In this document: positions 39,185 through 53,047 of the stretch, in pieces
How positions within the stretch are numbered: position 1 is the first letter of the stretch
Layout: each line of letters starts with the position of its first letter
Assembly: GCA_038087875.1 (NCBI GenBank)
Contig: CM075992.1
Coordinates: forward strand, 3,970,001 to 4,034,000
Reading direction: 5' to 3'
DNA: 64,000 bases
Origin: Malacoraja senta
Lineage: Eukaryota
Program-made: the position numbers and the translations under genes
The notes under the pieces: model-generated
The model's database searches: none
Seen by the model: only the letters and a program-made list of their open reading frames with translations
What the model was told of the DNA's origin: nothing

Positions 39185-39662
39185 GTTTAGTTTTAGTTTA
39201 GAGATAGTGCACGGAAACAGGCCCTTCGGCCCACCGAGTCCGCGCCGACCAGCGATCCCCGCACACTAACACTATCCCACACACAATGTTTTACACTTAT
39301 AGCAGAGCCAATTAACCTACAAACCTCCACGCACGTCTTCGGAGTGTGGGAGGAAACCGAAGATCTCGGGGGGGGGGAAACCCACGCAGGTCACGGGGGG
39401 AGAACGTACAAACTCCGTACAGGCAGCACCCGTAGCCGGGATCGAACCCGGGTCTCCGGTGCTGTAAGCGCTGTAAGGCGGCAATCCACCGCTGCGCCAC
39501 CGTGTCGTTGAGCGATTGCAAATGCGTGATCGCCAACCCACGCGGTCACGGGGAGAACATACAAACTCCGCACAGACAGCACCCGTGGCCGGGATCGAAC
39601 CCGGGTCTCCGGCGTTGTAAGCGCTGTAAGGCGGCAACTCTACCGCTGCGCCACTGCACCAC
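39185..39662 (-). mobile_element. V-SINE with duplicated tRNA-like head
   Basis: Two consecutive head segments and one body/tail. Confidence 0.8.
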
Positions 39663-40032
39663 CCCTTTGCTTAATGGTTTGTCTATCTCGGCCCAAGAGG
39701 ACCACTGCCAAATCAAACCGTGTTTAACTGTTTCCCCGCGCAGTGCAAACAATAAAGATGATTTGCCTCTTCCCAGCTGTGAGGAGCTCGAAAGGAATGG
39801 CATTTGATATTTGATCAACATCTCCAGAGCATTCGAGCGGACTCTGAGCAAAAGGCCAACAATTGCCAAATGTCACCACTGACCTTCCAAGATGATCATT
39901 ATAAATCTGGCACTAAAGATGGCATTTAAAATTGTAATTATTTATTCCCCCTGTGATTCTTGCTCCTTCTTAAGTTGCACATAGGAGGAATGGTAAGTGC
40001 CGCAGAAATTCAGAAATTCTTGACGAATGTTG

Positions 40033-41082
40033 GAATAAACACCCTAATACAGAAAAATTAATATCTTATATATATAATATCTTATTAGACAGTGACATTC
40101 CATCGACGGACTTACACAGACAAACATGGGAAAAAGAATTAAATCAAATAATAACGAAAGATACTTGGGAAGAAAGTTTACAACACATACATCAATGTTC
40201 ATTAAATGCCAGACATTCTTTAATACAATTTAAAGTAATACATAGGTTACATTATTCAAAAACAAAATTACATAAAATCTTTCAACATATCTCACCTATA
40301 TGTGATAAATGTCAACATTTAGAAGCTACCTTATCTCATATGTTTGCAAACTGTATAAAAATTAAAAAATTCTGGGTAAATATTTTTAGTATAATATCTA
40401 AAGTGACCAGCACACAATTGGACCCGGATCCAAAATGAATAATACTCGGAACATCAGAATTAAATCAAACATTTACAACAACACAAAGAAACTTTATTGA
40501 TTATAGTATAATAACAGGAAAAAAATTAATTCTAAAATTTTGGAAAGGCCCTACGGCCCCCACAATCAAAATGTGGATTATAGAAATGACGGAGACCTTA
40601 AACGTGGAAAGAATCAGATTTTCCCTGTTGGACAAACAGGAAGTATTCGTTGGAACATGGTCTCCCTTTATTGATTATTTAAAGGGTCAGAATGGTTCAG
40701 CACGGGAACCTGACTAATGCTCGGGCTAAAGAATGGATGAAATGCTATACTCTGAAATGTACGAATATATCTCGAATGAAGTCTTTTATTTTAATAAATG
40801 TTTCCATTCTTCTTTAACTATCTTTCTCTTTTGTTTTTTTATTTTTTATTTTTTCTTTAATTTTTTAAAATTTTTTTTTCTCTTTTTCTTCTCTCTCTTT
40901 TCTTTCTTTACTTCATCTATCTTTTTAGTTCTATCTAGTTTAAAAAAAAAAAAGGCAAAAGGTATTGGAACCAATGTAATAATAATTGATAATATTATCA
41001 ATTTAAAAATGTAAGACTGTAATGATGTTAATAGGTTATGTCCTTATCTCCAATAAAAAATATATTCAAAAAAAAAAAAAAA
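40033..41082 (+). mobile_element. 5'-truncated L1-clade LINE (ORF2 C-terminus, 3' UTR, poly(A))
   Basis: IQFKVIHRLHYS...SPICDKCQHLEATLSHMFANC (CCHC)...FW; one in-frame TGA (40436-40438), terminal TAA 40715-40717; AATAAA and A-tail; TSD gaatgttg (40025-40032 and 41083-41090). Confidence 0.9.
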
Positions 41083-41959
41083 GAATGTTGATCTCTCCTC
41101 TAATCGGACGAGTCACCCAGAGGTAGACACAAAATACTGGAGTAACTCAGCGGGACAGGCAGCATCTCTGGAGAGAAGGAATGGATGACGTTTCGGGTCG
41201 AGACCCTTCTTCAGACTGTGCGTCAGGGGTAATGTTATTGTTACCTCACAGAGGTGACGTTATTGTTTGCAGAATCACCCTGAAAGTGCGGAGGTAAGTT
41301 CTTCAATAGACCCGAAAGGTCACCCGTACTTTTTCTCCCTAGTTGCTGCCTGACCTGCTGAGTTACTCCAGCACTTCAGAGATGCAGCGCGGAAACAGTC
41401 CCTTCGGCCCACCGAGTCCGTGCCGACCAGTTATCACACTAGCACTATCCGACACACACTGGGGACAATTTACAATTTTACCCAAGCCAGTTAACCTTCG
41501 AACCTGTACGTCTTTGGAGTGTGGGAGGACCCGGAGAAAACCCACGCGGGTCACAGGGAGAACGTACAAACTCCGCACAGACAGCACCCGCAGCCAGCAG
41601 CTGGTACACCTGTTGCCTCACAGCACCACAGACCCGGGTTCGATCCTGAGCTTGGGTGCTGTCCATGTGGAGTTTGTACGTTCCACCTGTGACCATGTGG
41701 GTTTATTCTTGGTGCTCCACATTCCAAAAGCATATAAGTTTGTAGGTTAATTGGAGTCATGGAACTATACTAGGTGGAAACAGGCCCTTCGGCCCAACTT
41801 GGCCCTTCGGCCCAATTATCACAGGAGGTGGGGTGGGTTGGGTCTATTACACAGTAATGGACAATTCTCAAAGACTATGCTGGGAGAATTCAACAGCAGC
41901 AACATGCCATTGTATAGCACCTTAAATAATATTTATATTCCAATTTAGTTTATTTTGTA

Positions 41960-42520
41960 GGTACAGTGAAAAGCTTTTTGTTGCGTGCTATCCAGTCAGC
42001 AGAAAGACAACGCATGATTACAATCAATCCATTTACAGTATAGATACATGATAAGGGAATAACATTTAGTGCAAGGTAAAGCCAGCAAAGTCCAATCAAG
42101 GATAGCCCGAGCGTCACCAATGAGGTAGAATATAGTTCAGCACTGCTCTCTGGTTGTGGTAGGATGATTCAGTTGCCTGATAACAGCTGGGAAGAAACTG
42201 TCCCTGAATCTGGAGGTGTGATTTTTCACACTTCTGTACCTTTTGCCCGATGGGAGAGGGGAGAAGAGGGAGTGGCCGGGGTGCGACTGGTCCTTGATTA
42301 TGCTGCTGGCCTTGCCGAGGCAGCGTGAGGTGTAGATGGAGTCGATAGAAGGGAGGTTGGTTGGTGTGATGGGTCTGGGCTGCGTCCACAATTCAGCTGC
42401 AATTTCTTGCGGTCTTGGATGGAGCTGTTCCCAAACCAAGCTGTGATGGCATCCTGATAAAATGCTTTCTACGGCGCATCTGTAGAAGTTGGTGAGAGTT
42501 GAGGGGACATGCCAAACTTA
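41960..42520 (-). mobile_element. Rex1/Babar-type LINE 3' fragment
   Basis: RCLGKASSIIKDQSHPGHSLFSPLPSGKRYRSVKNHTSRFRDSFFPAVIR. Confidence 0.8.
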
Positions 42521-44881
42521 TAATGGGGGGGGTGTGACATCTAATGGTGCCTGTTTGTCCATTGTTCTCCTTTGATCCTCTTCAGGTCTAGTCCCATGCA
42601 CAATGCCTTGGTATTGATCAAACATCAATGCGCTGTAAATAACGCTGCTCAGGTTCCTGAGTCAACGTAAATCTCCCTGTGTGGTGAATGGGATGCGACC
42701 TCTTGTAACTATAAAAAGAAAATCAATGCTTGAAATTCTGCCAAGTGGATGAATAAGCTAGTTAGGCTGATTGTTCAATGGTCATTGCATTGTTAGGCAG
42801 AGGTAGAATCCTTAACACACATGACATCTGGATATAGGTCACACTAGGGGCTGAGGGAGGGGGGTGACTTGTGCAAGCATTGGGAGTCTCAGCCATCAAT
42901 GTGGTCGCAAGTTCTCCAGAGATGTTGCCTGACCCGCTGAGTTACTCCATCACCTTGTGTCCTTCGTGGGTTAACCAACAACTGCAGGTCCTTGTTTCAA
43001 CACCGCATCCCAATTCACGATTCTGCCTCACCGTGTCAGAGACCCGGCTTCGATCCTGACTACGGGCGCAGTCTGTGGAGTTTGTACGTTCTCCCCCCGT
43101 GACGGAAACAAGCTCCCACGGCTCACCGGGTCCGCACCGACCAGCGATCGCCCCGTACACCAGAACTATCCCACACACTGGGGACAATTTACAATTTTTA
43201 CTGCAGTCAATTAACCTACGGCAACGTCACCTATTTCCTTCGCTCCATAGATGCTGCCGCACCCGCTGAGTTGCCATCTCCATCATTAAGGACCCCTATC
43301 ACCCATCACACCACATATCTTCTCCATTCTGCCATCTGGGAAGAGGTACAGGAGTATCAGCTGCAGAACCAGCAGGATGCTACACAGCTTCTTCCCACAG
43401 GCAATAAAACTGGTTAACAGACTATGTCCCCTTCCCATATATCATACACCAACACATTTAACCTCGCCCATACTTTGACAGCTAGGCACCCGTCAAAGCA
43501 AAGCCACTGTCCGGTCTGAATGTCTGTTTTTATTTCAATTATTAGGCCTATTTTAAATATGGTAATTTTAATTTTTAAAGCTATATGTATTTATTCTGTT
43601 TTTATTAACTGCACTGACGGGAACTGATTGAGAAACAATTTTTCGTTTCATCTGTGTATGTAAGTACTCAGTTAAAATGACATTCAAGTAAATACTGAAT
43701 ACTGAATACTGAGTTTCTCCAGCATTTTTGTCTACCTTCGATTTTCCAGCATCTGCAGTTCCTTCTTGAACATTTAACCTACTAACACAGTACGTGGTTG
43801 GAGTGTGGGGGGAAACCGGAGCACCCGAAGGAAACACACGCGCTCACTGGGAGAACGTGCAAACTCCGCACAGACAGCACCCGCGGTCAGGATCGAACCC
43901 TGGGCCTCTGGTGCTGTGAGGCAGGAGCTCTACCACTGCGCCACCACACATTGCTGGTCATTTGACCCGACTGCTGCCCACGCCAGGGGCACAGACGCAC
44001 AATGAATCAGCGTTGGTACCACGCTCTTACTCACGCGGTTGGTCGGTGGTGTATATTTTGCGATCGACTTTCACAGCAACTCTGCAAAGAACAAACGCAT
44101 TGTGATCGCTTTCCTGCAGCCCATGTCATCATCGTCGTTGAAAACATTAGCGACGCAGTGGTGCTGGTTTCCGACGGGAACGGTGACGGACGCACCACAC
44201 ATCTCTGTCCTCCAGTTCCTGCGGACTTCCGCCGCTGAAAGTATAGGGTTTTGGTGTGTGTGTGTGTGTGTGTGCTTTATCATCGTTCCTTACAATGCCG
44301 TGTACGACAGTGATCGCAACTTCCACTGAAGTGTGGATGGCCGTTGGCTCGCTAGAAGCTCATCCGCCCTTCGACAGGTCTTGTTTTTGGTCCTGCTGGG
44401 GGTCCACAGCCCCCTCCTCACCTGGCAAACCAGGTGGGTGAAGACGGTTTAGTCGCCGACTATCCGACCATGGAGCGGGATGCACGGGATTACATGGTAC
44501 CCGTGGCAGTGGGGGGGGGGGGGGGGGGACTCCCCCCGACCTGACCTGACCTGCAGCCCATGGCAGATTGAAATCAGTGGGAAGGTGACAACCGACGATA
44601 GACACAAAATGCTGGAGTAACTCAGCGGGACAGGCAGCATCTCTGGAGAAGGTGCTGGAGAATCTCTGGAGAAAAGGAACAGGTGACATTTCGGGCCAGA
44701 ACCCTTCCTTGCCCTACCACTGCACTACACACATTAGAGACAAGTGTGAAGAAGGATCTCCACTCGAAACGTCACCCATTCCTTGTCTCCAGAGATGCTG
44801 CCTGACCTGCTGAGTTACTCCAGCATTTTGTGTCTGTCTCCAGTCGAAGTAAATAGTTTCATGTTTTTGCACAGCGGTTGA

Positions 44882-45193
44882 GGCCCTGTCCCACTTTCCC
44901 GAGTTACTCAGGAACTCGCCCGAGTTTTCCCCTTGATTCGAACTCGGGCAATGTCGGTAGCGAGTCCGTAGGAGTCCATAGATGTTTCGTAGCGGCTCGT
45001 AATGCCAGCCGTAGGAACTCGGGGGGGCATCAGGTAAGTCGGGACGTTTTTTCGACGTGTTGAAAAATGTCCACGAGTTTAAAAAAAATAGCCCCGGGTA
45101 CCTACGAACGGCTATTACCGTAATTCTCCCAATTCGAATCAAGGGGAAAACTCGGGAGAGTTCGTGAGTAACTCGGGAAAGTGGGACAGGGCC
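44882..45193. mobile_element. PIF/Harbinger-type MITE
   Basis: ~60-bp TIRs starting GGCCCTGTCCCACT; 3-bp TSD TGA (44879-44881 and 45194-45196). Confidence 0.85.
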
Positions 45194-45855
45194 TGAACTA
45201 TTTCCTGAAGGTAGGCACAAAATGCTGGAGTAGCCTCGCGGGACAGGCAGCGTCTCTGGATAGAAGGAATGGGTGACGTTTCGGGACGAGAACCTCCTTC
45301 ACACTATTTCCTGTTGCTTTACCCTGCTTCATTTTCATCCCAACTTTCCTTATTGACCGAGTGCTTTTCTCCTTAAAGCCGCCTCATTTGAGCATTGCTA
45401 TGAAAATCGCCCTAAACGCTCTGCTGTTTTGGTTGCTGTGGCAACGTGCCGCTATTAAGAATTCACTTGCCTCTCTTGAGTGTTAATAAATAGCTTTCAG
45501 TGGCTGGTCGGCCCCCCTTTCACATGGCATCCCCTTGGGCAACATACACAATGATTTAATACAGGGGGCAGACTTGTGTGGAGATGGATTATTCACACCA
45601 AAACACATTAGTCGGTATCTTGCCCTGACTGTAAATGCTCCAGCATTTTGTGTCCATCTTCGATGTAAGCCAGTTCCTTCCTACACATTGCTTCAACTGG
45701 AATTGGGAAAAAAAATGTCTCAGAGGACCTGAGGTCGTACAGACAAGCACCCGTAGTCAGGATCGAACCCGGGACTCTGGTGCTATGAGGCAGCAACTCT
45801 TACTGCTGAGCCACCGTGCCACCCTCACCTCGTTCCAAAGAGCTTCAAAATTATG

Positions 45856-45996
45856 GTAGACAAAGAAGTCTGAAGAAGGGTTTCGGCCCGAGACGTTGCC
45901 TATTTCCTTCGCTCCATAGATGCTGCTGCACCCGCTGAGTTTCTCCAGCATTTTTGTCTACCTTCGATTTTCCAGCATCTGCAGTTCCTTCTTAAA
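45856..45996 (+). mobile_element. Penelope pLTR-derived mini-element
   Basis: 15-bp TSD agcttcaaaattatg (45841-45855 and 45997-46011); hammerhead-like motif with GAAA changed to GAGA. Confidence 0.75.
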
Positions 45997-46295
45997 AGCT
46001 TCAAAATTATGCCAGGCCAAATCATGTTCATAAGATCATATGTGATAGGAGCAGAATTAGGCCATTCGGCCCATCAAGTCTACTCCGCCATTCAATCATG
46101 GCTGATCTATCTCTCCGCCCTAACCCCATTCTCCTGCCTTCTCCCCATAACCTCTGACACCCGTACTAATCAAGAATTAGTGTGTTTAGTAATGTTATTC
46201 AGTCATTCAAATTGGACCATGTGCTGGACTTAGAGCACACAGCATAAACATGTGGATTGCTAACAAGCCAACGTGCTGGCTTACTATGACGATGT

Positions 46296-46790
46296 GTGAG
46301 AAGGCTACGCTCCTTCAACATCTGCAGTGAGATGCTGCAGATGTTCTACCAATCGGTGGTGGCCAGTGCCATCTTCTCCGCTGCCGTGTGCCGGGGCAGC
46401 AGGCCGAAGGCTGCGGACGGCAATAGGATTAACAAGCTCACCAGGAAGGCTGGCTCCGACCTGGGGCCGGAGTTGGGTTCACGGGAGGTTGGTCTTGGAG
46501 GGGAGGATGCTCCTCAAACTGCGGAGCATCCTGGACAATACAGCTCGCCCCCTCCATGACACACTGGTCAACCTGAGGAGCACCTTCAGCAACAGACTGG
46601 TTCCACCAAGATGCAGTACAGAACGCCACAGGAGATCCTTCTTCCCTGTGGCCGTCAAACTGTACAACTCCTCCCCCTTCTGTCGTGGGGTAGACTGAGA
46701 CTGACTCCCCTCCCCCCCCCATCCCCTATCTTTGCTCATTCCACAAGCCTTTCCACTCGTCACTTTAATTTCATGTCTCATGTATGTTGT
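46296..46790 (+). mobile_element. Rex1/Babar-type LINE 3' fragment
   Basis: RRLRSFNICSEMLQMFYQSVVASAIF...HRRSFFPVAVKLYN; a second copy lies at ~49212-49575. Confidence 0.8.
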
Positions 46791-48007
46791 GTATGTAAAT
46801 AAATATTAACTCTCTTTATTTCTCCTTTAGACTCACCCTGTGGTTCATTAGCTTCCAAACATTTGGCTTCTGTAAGTGGTAAAATTGTTCCTAGCGTGTG
46901 TAGGTTGGTGTAGGGGGGGTGATCGCTGGTTGGTGAGGACTCTAGGCCGAAGGGCCTGTTTCCGCGTTGTATCTCTACATCTAACGTTTAAAAGTTTCGG
47001 ACTGGAGGGAGTTACACTGATGAAGAAGGGGCAAGAACTGAGTCGGTTAAAGTTAGAAAGTATCTTAAAAAGATATCTTTTAACTTGGAGGCAGTATGAA
47101 TCAGCATCCCAGGATGAAGTGTGGACTGGACTGTGAGTTAGGATGCGGGCAGATCCAAGCTTCAGATGAGTCAGAGCAAAGGAGGATTTGACCTGTTAAT
47201 GAGTCTTCTTTCATTTTGTACGCTGCACTGATGGGACTTGAACCAGAGGTTACTCATGCTGCATTTCAAATGAAAGCATTGTGTGCGAAGTCAAATTTGA
47301 CCTTGCCCCACGAATTGATTTTAATTGTTCCCAGAATCACCGGCATGGTATCACAGCGGTAGAGTTGCTGCCTTACAGCAGTTTCAGCGCCGGAGACCCG
47401 GGTTCGATTCGAACTACGGGTGCTGTCTCTACGGAGTTTGTACGTTCTCCCCGTGACCTGCGTGGGTTTTATCGGAGATCTTCAGTTTCCACTCACACTC
47501 CAAAGTCGTGCTGGTTTGTAGGTTAATTTGCTGGGTATAAGTATAACATCGTCCCCAGTGTGTGTTTAGTGTGCGGCTATCGCTGGTCGGCGTGGACTCA
47601 GTGGGCTGAAGGGCCTGTTTCCGCTCTGTATCTCTCAAGTAAACTCCTAAATGTCCTATGCTCTAATGGGTAATTCTCTGCCACAGATGGCAGTGGAGGC
47701 CAATTCACTGGATGTTTTCAAGACAGTCAGATTTAGCTCTAAGGGCTAACGGAATCAGGGGATAGGGGGAAAAAGCAGGAACGGGGTACTGATTTTAGCT
47801 GATCAGCCATAATCATATTAAATGACGGTGCTGGTTTAAAGGGCCGAATGGCTGAGTCCTGCACCTATTTTTCTATGTTTTCTATGTTCTATGTGCTATG
47901 CTCTATGTGCTATGCTAATAACCTTCAAGTACTAATAGCAAGTATCGTTTACACCTGCCACTCTCAACTGCACCTGCCCAATTAACAAGCATTTCGTAGG
48001 GAGTTAA

Positions 48008-48325
48008 AGCCCTGTCCCACTGTACGAGTTCATTCAAGAGTTCTCCCGAGTTTGCCCTGATTCGAACTCGAAGAATTACGGTAATGGCCACTCGTCGGTA
48101 CTCGGGGCTCTCGTGGACATTTTTCAACATGTTGAAAAATCTTCACGAGTCTTCCCGAGCTTACCGCGTTTCCCGAGTACCTGCCGTTGGCGTTACGAGC
48201 CGCTAAGAGACGTCCCCGAGCTCCGACGTACCCGCTACGTACATTCTACGTGCTTACCACGAGTTTGATTTTTTTTTTAAACTCGGGAGAGCTCTTGGAA
48301 CGAACTCGTACAGTGGGACAGGGCC
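48008..48325. mobile_element. PIF/Harbinger-type MITE related to 44882-45193
   Basis: TIRs agccctgtcccactgtacgagttc / gaactcgtacagtgggacagggcc; left flank TAA; shared internal motifs. Confidence 0.8.
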
Positions 48326-48715
48326 ATATTAGGTTGCCCTATCAGCCGCATGTCTCTCTCTGTCTGAACAAAGTTGAGACTGACCTTTTTAGGAAGGCAG
48401 CTGCTGTGAATACATGAGTAGCCCGGAGACAGAGCAGGCCGCAGGGATGAGCTGATAATTGATGCAGATAAACACTGTTGGCTCTTCGGATGCTAATAAC
48501 TCACACTGCTTGCTCTTTGCCACCGGCACTGGGAAAAGTGCTGAACTCATTCACACTGGACAGCTGTATAATTATCCCCAAAATGAACCCTGCTGAACAA
48601 CGATTTGTCTTTCGCTTGACATTCGATACACATTGACATCTGCATCAGAGCCTGGTCTAATGGGATTCCGCTCTGACGCTAAAATCCTTCCATGCACGCC
48701 CAAGGAGGTGATGCC

Positions 48716-49119
48716 CAAAGATCCTATAGCGGAGCAAGATAGACCACTCCTGCGAAATGCAATGGGCTGACGTGTAGTACGCAACGGAGCGGAACGTGGG
48801 CCTTTTTTTCATCCATTTCAGTAACCCGACCCAACCCGACCCGACCCGACTCGCAGTGTAATCAACGTTGCGGGGGAACAGTTTGTGTTAATAAATTATA
48901 ATTCTGAAAATGAGCAGAAGATTTTTACCAAAGAACATTTATTTTTACGAGGATGTTTCCGTAACCGGCTTCCGTCTCCGCACTAGTTATCTTTGCTCCG
49001 CTGTGGGATCTTTGGTGCGGAGACGGAAGCCGGTTACGGAAATGGGGCCTTAAATTTACCCATGACCGTACTACGTCTTTTTCGTCGAGTGGACCATCTT
49101 GCTTACTATAGGATCTTTG
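48716..49119. mobile_element. hAT-type MITE
   Basis: 14-bp TIR CAAAGATCCTATAG / CTATAGGATCTTTG; perfect 8-bp TSD GTGATGCC (48708-48715 and 49120-49127); internal (ACCCG)n repeats. Confidence 0.88.
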
Positions 49120-51020
49120 GTGATGCCCAAGGAACCCAATGTCAAGAACATTGAGTAGGAAGGAACTGCCATTGGGAATAGTGTTTAAATATAGAAACAC
49201 GGAATCATCATCATCAGGAAGGCCGGCTCCGTCCTGGGGGAGGAGTTGGTTGGATTCACGGGAGGTTGGTCTTGGAGGGGAGGATGCTCCTCAAACTGCG
49301 GAGCATCCTGGACAATACAGCTCACCCCCTCCATGACGCACTGGTCAACCTGAGGAGCACCTTCAGCAACCGACTGGTTCCACCAAGATGCAGCACAGAA
49401 CGCCACAGGAGATCCTTCTTCCCTGTGGCTATCAAACTGGACAACTACTCCCCCTTCTGTCATGGGGTAGACCGACTCCCCACCCCTCCCAAATCTTTGT
49501 ACATCCGCCAATCCTTTCCACTCGTCACTTTAATTTCATGTTTCATGTATCTTGCGTTTTATGACTGTTGGTAGATCAAGTTCAATCGTATCATTATTGT
49601 ATTGTATGGAACTGCAGATGCTGGTTTACACCGAAGATACTTAAACCTAATGCTTGAGTATCTCAGCTGGTCAGGCAACATCTCTGGAGAGAATTAATAG
49701 GTGACGTTTCCGGGTCTGAAGAAGAGTTTTCATCGGAAGCGTCACCTATCCTTTTTCTCCGAGTGCTCCCACACTCCAAAGTTTCCTCCCACACTCCGAA
49801 GTCGTGCAGGTTTGTAAGTTATTTGTAGGTTATTTGTCTTCAATAAAATTGTAAATTGTTCATTTTTCCTAAGTTCCTAAGTGATAGGAGCAGAATTAGG
49901 CCATTTGGCCCATCGAGCGTACTCCGCCATTCAATCATGGCTGCTCTATCTCTCTCTCCTAACCCCATTCTCCTGCCTTCTCCCCATAACCTCTGACACC
50001 CGTACTAATCAAGAATCTATCTATCTCTGCCTGAAAAAATATCCATTGACTTGGCCTCCACAGCCTTCTGTGGCAAAGAGTTCCACAGATTCGTCAGGTA
50101 GACAAAAATGCTGGAGAAACTCAACGGGTGAGGCAGCATCTATGGAGCGAAGGAAATAGGCAACATTTCGGGTCGAAACCCTTCTTCAGAATCGCCAGCC
50201 ACAGATTCTTCTTCAGAATCGCCACCCACAGATTCGCCAGCCTCTTTAGTCAGAGGGTGGTGAATGTGTGGAAGTCTTTACCACAGAAGGCTGCGGAGGC
50301 CAAGTCAGTGGATGTTTTTAAGGCAGAGATAGATAGATTTTTGTTTCGTACAGGTGTCAGGGGTTATGTGGAGAAGGCAGGAGAATGGGGTTAGGAGGGA
50401 GAGATAGATCAGCCATGATTGAATGGCGGAGTAGACTTGATGGGCCGAATGGCCTAATTCTACTCCACTCTACTCTATTCCTCTGACAACAGAAAGTAAA
50501 GAATTGTTCCCTTGTGTGTAGGATAATGTTAGTTTACCGGATGATGGTTGGTTGGTGCGGACTCGGTGGGCCGAAGGGCCTGTTTCCGTGCTGCATCTCT
50601 AGAGTCTAAAGTCTAAAAAGTGTCCTGGGCACCAGGGAGAGCTACAATTTGTGTTCTTGAGATTATCAACATTAACCTGCACCTTGGCAGCAACTCATCT
50701 CTAGTTAACGTTGGTGCCAAAAGAGGCTGATTTCACAAGGTGTTCAGTCATAAATGGTTTGCTCAATCATCAATGCCAGATGTTGTAAATACCAGACAAC
50801 AATGGCATGCAATAGACACAAGGTCTGTAAATAGTGGTTAATTGGATGGAATTGAAAGGTACAGTTGGCGGCACGGTGGTGCAGCGGTAGAGCTGCTGCC
50901 TCACAGCGCCAGAGACCCCGGGATCGATCCTGACCACGGGTGCTGTCTGTACCGAGTTTGCACCATCTCCCCGTGACCTGTGTGGGTTTTCTCCAAGATC
51001 AGGTATAGTCTTTCCGCTGG

Positions 51021-51246
51021 TAGACAAAATATCTGGAGAAACTCAGCGGGTGAGGCAGCATCTATGGAGCGAAGGAAATAGGCAACGTTTCGGGCCCGAA
51101 ACGTTGCCTATTTCCTTCGCTCCATAGATGCTGCCGCACCCGCTGAGTTTCTCCAGCAATTTTGTCACTTCAGTATCTTTCCCTTCCCTCTACTTATTGT
51201 GCTTGAATCTACCCAATTCTCCAGCATCTGCAGTTCCTTCTTGAAC
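51021..51246. mobile_element. Penelope-derived fold-back element
   Basis: Long inverted repeat; 16-bp TSD atagtctttccgctgg (51005-51020 and 51247-51262). Confidence 0.8.
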
Positions 51247-51817
51247 ATAGTCTTTCCGCTGGCTGGTTAGCACGCAACGAAAGCTTTTCACTGTACCTTG
51301 GTACACGTGACGATAAACTGAAACTGAAACTGAAAACTAAACTAAAAAGAAGGAGTTTACGGATGCTGGTTTCAAACCGAAGATAGACACAGAGTGCTGG
51401 AGTAACTCAACGGGCCAGGCAGCATCTCTGGAGAAAAGGAACGACGTTTTGGGTCACGACCCTTCTTCAGAGGGAGAGTTGAGAGAGCTGAGATAACTGG
51501 TCCACAAAACGGGCCACAACCCAGTGCACGGCAGAGAAACAGGTCCTTATCACAAGCCACAAACTCTTGGCACGCCTCTAATGCCTTTGCAAGTTCTATT
51601 GATTATACTATTAACCGGTGTTTGTTGGATTATGTTTACTGCAGCCCGCTCTCAGTATTCATTGTGATTGTCGGATGGAAATGGACATAAGCCGACATTT
51701 TCACAGCTTGGGCGTGCTGCTACTCATGAATACAATCCTTTCCTTAAATGCAAAAAATCCTGCCCTAAACGTCATTCCCTTGTCATGCATCCAAGGGACA
51801 GTTTCTTCCCAGCAGTT

Positions 51818-52157
51818 AGAAACGTAGAAACATAGAAAATAGGTGCAGGAGTAGGCCATTCGGCCCTTCGAGCCTGCACCGCCATTCAATATGATCATGG
51901 CTGATCATCCAACTCAGTATCCCGTACCTGCCTTCTCTCCATACCCCCTGATCCCTTTAGCCACAAGGGCCACATCTAACTCCCTCTTAAATATAGCCAA
52001 TGAACTGGCCTCAACTACCCTCTGTGGCAGAGAGTTCCAGAGATTCACCACTCTCTGTGTGAAAAAGTTTTTCCTCATCTCGGTCTTAAAGGATTTCCCC
52101 CTTATCCTTAAGCTGTGACCCCTTGTCCTGGACTTCCCCAACATCGGGAACAATCTT
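51818..52157 (-). mobile_element. Young CR1 LINE 3' fragment
   Basis: FPMLGKSRTRGHSLRIRGKSFKTEMRKNFFTQRVV... Confidence 0.88.
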
Positions 52158-53047
52158 CAGGCAACTCTGGAGAGAAGGAATAGGTGACGTTTTGAATAAG
52201 GAGCCTTCTTCAGACTTCCTCAACCAAGAAGACCTGGTTTCAGTTTCAGTTATAACAAATGCAATGATTATTACAAATAAGGCCCGACCTTTATTAGTAA
52301 AACAACCACGTTTTTATTTTGTGCACTTAAATCTCTGGAATCGTTCTTCAATTCATAACCTTATTCAGTTGAGCCATCGATGATAGGGTTTAACATTGTG
52401 TTAACACCCTTTATCTTAGTAAGGAGAACATTTACAGGGTAAACCAATTTTGACATGCGTCGACGATTAAGTAGATATCCTTGACTTGGATTTCAGTACA
52501 AATGCATGAGTATCTAATTGAGGTGCCAACATTCATTAGTGGGTTGACTAGAACTGTTTCACATGGGATCCAGATAAAGAGATATTACTTCAACTGTTTC
52601 GGGGTGATTACAGACAGCACATCTTTATACCTAGTGGAATGGTGTGATTCTCTCCCTCAGAAGACTGAGTGGACAGATTTGGTTCAGTATATTATTGTCT
52701 CATGTACCGAGGTAGAATGAAAAGCTTTGTTTTGCATGCTGTCCAATACTGTGTAGAAAAGAACTGCAGATGCTGGTTTAAATCGAAGGTAGACACAAAA
52801 TGCTGGAGTAACACTACAAAATCTCTGGAACTCTCTGCCACAGAGGGTAGTTGAGGCCAGTTCATTGGCTATATTTAAGAGGGAATTAGATGTGGCCCTT
52901 GTGGCTAAAGGGATCAGGGGGTATGGAGAGAAGGCAGGTACGGGATACTGAGTTGGATGATCAGCCATGATCGTATTGAATGGCGGTGCAGGCTCGAAGG
53001 GCCGAATGGCCTACTCCTGCACCTATTTTCTATGTATCTATGTATCT

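Noticed and set aside
47680..47695. CTCF-like gccacagatggcag
   Set aside because: One base short of the consensus spacing and inside a CR1 fragment
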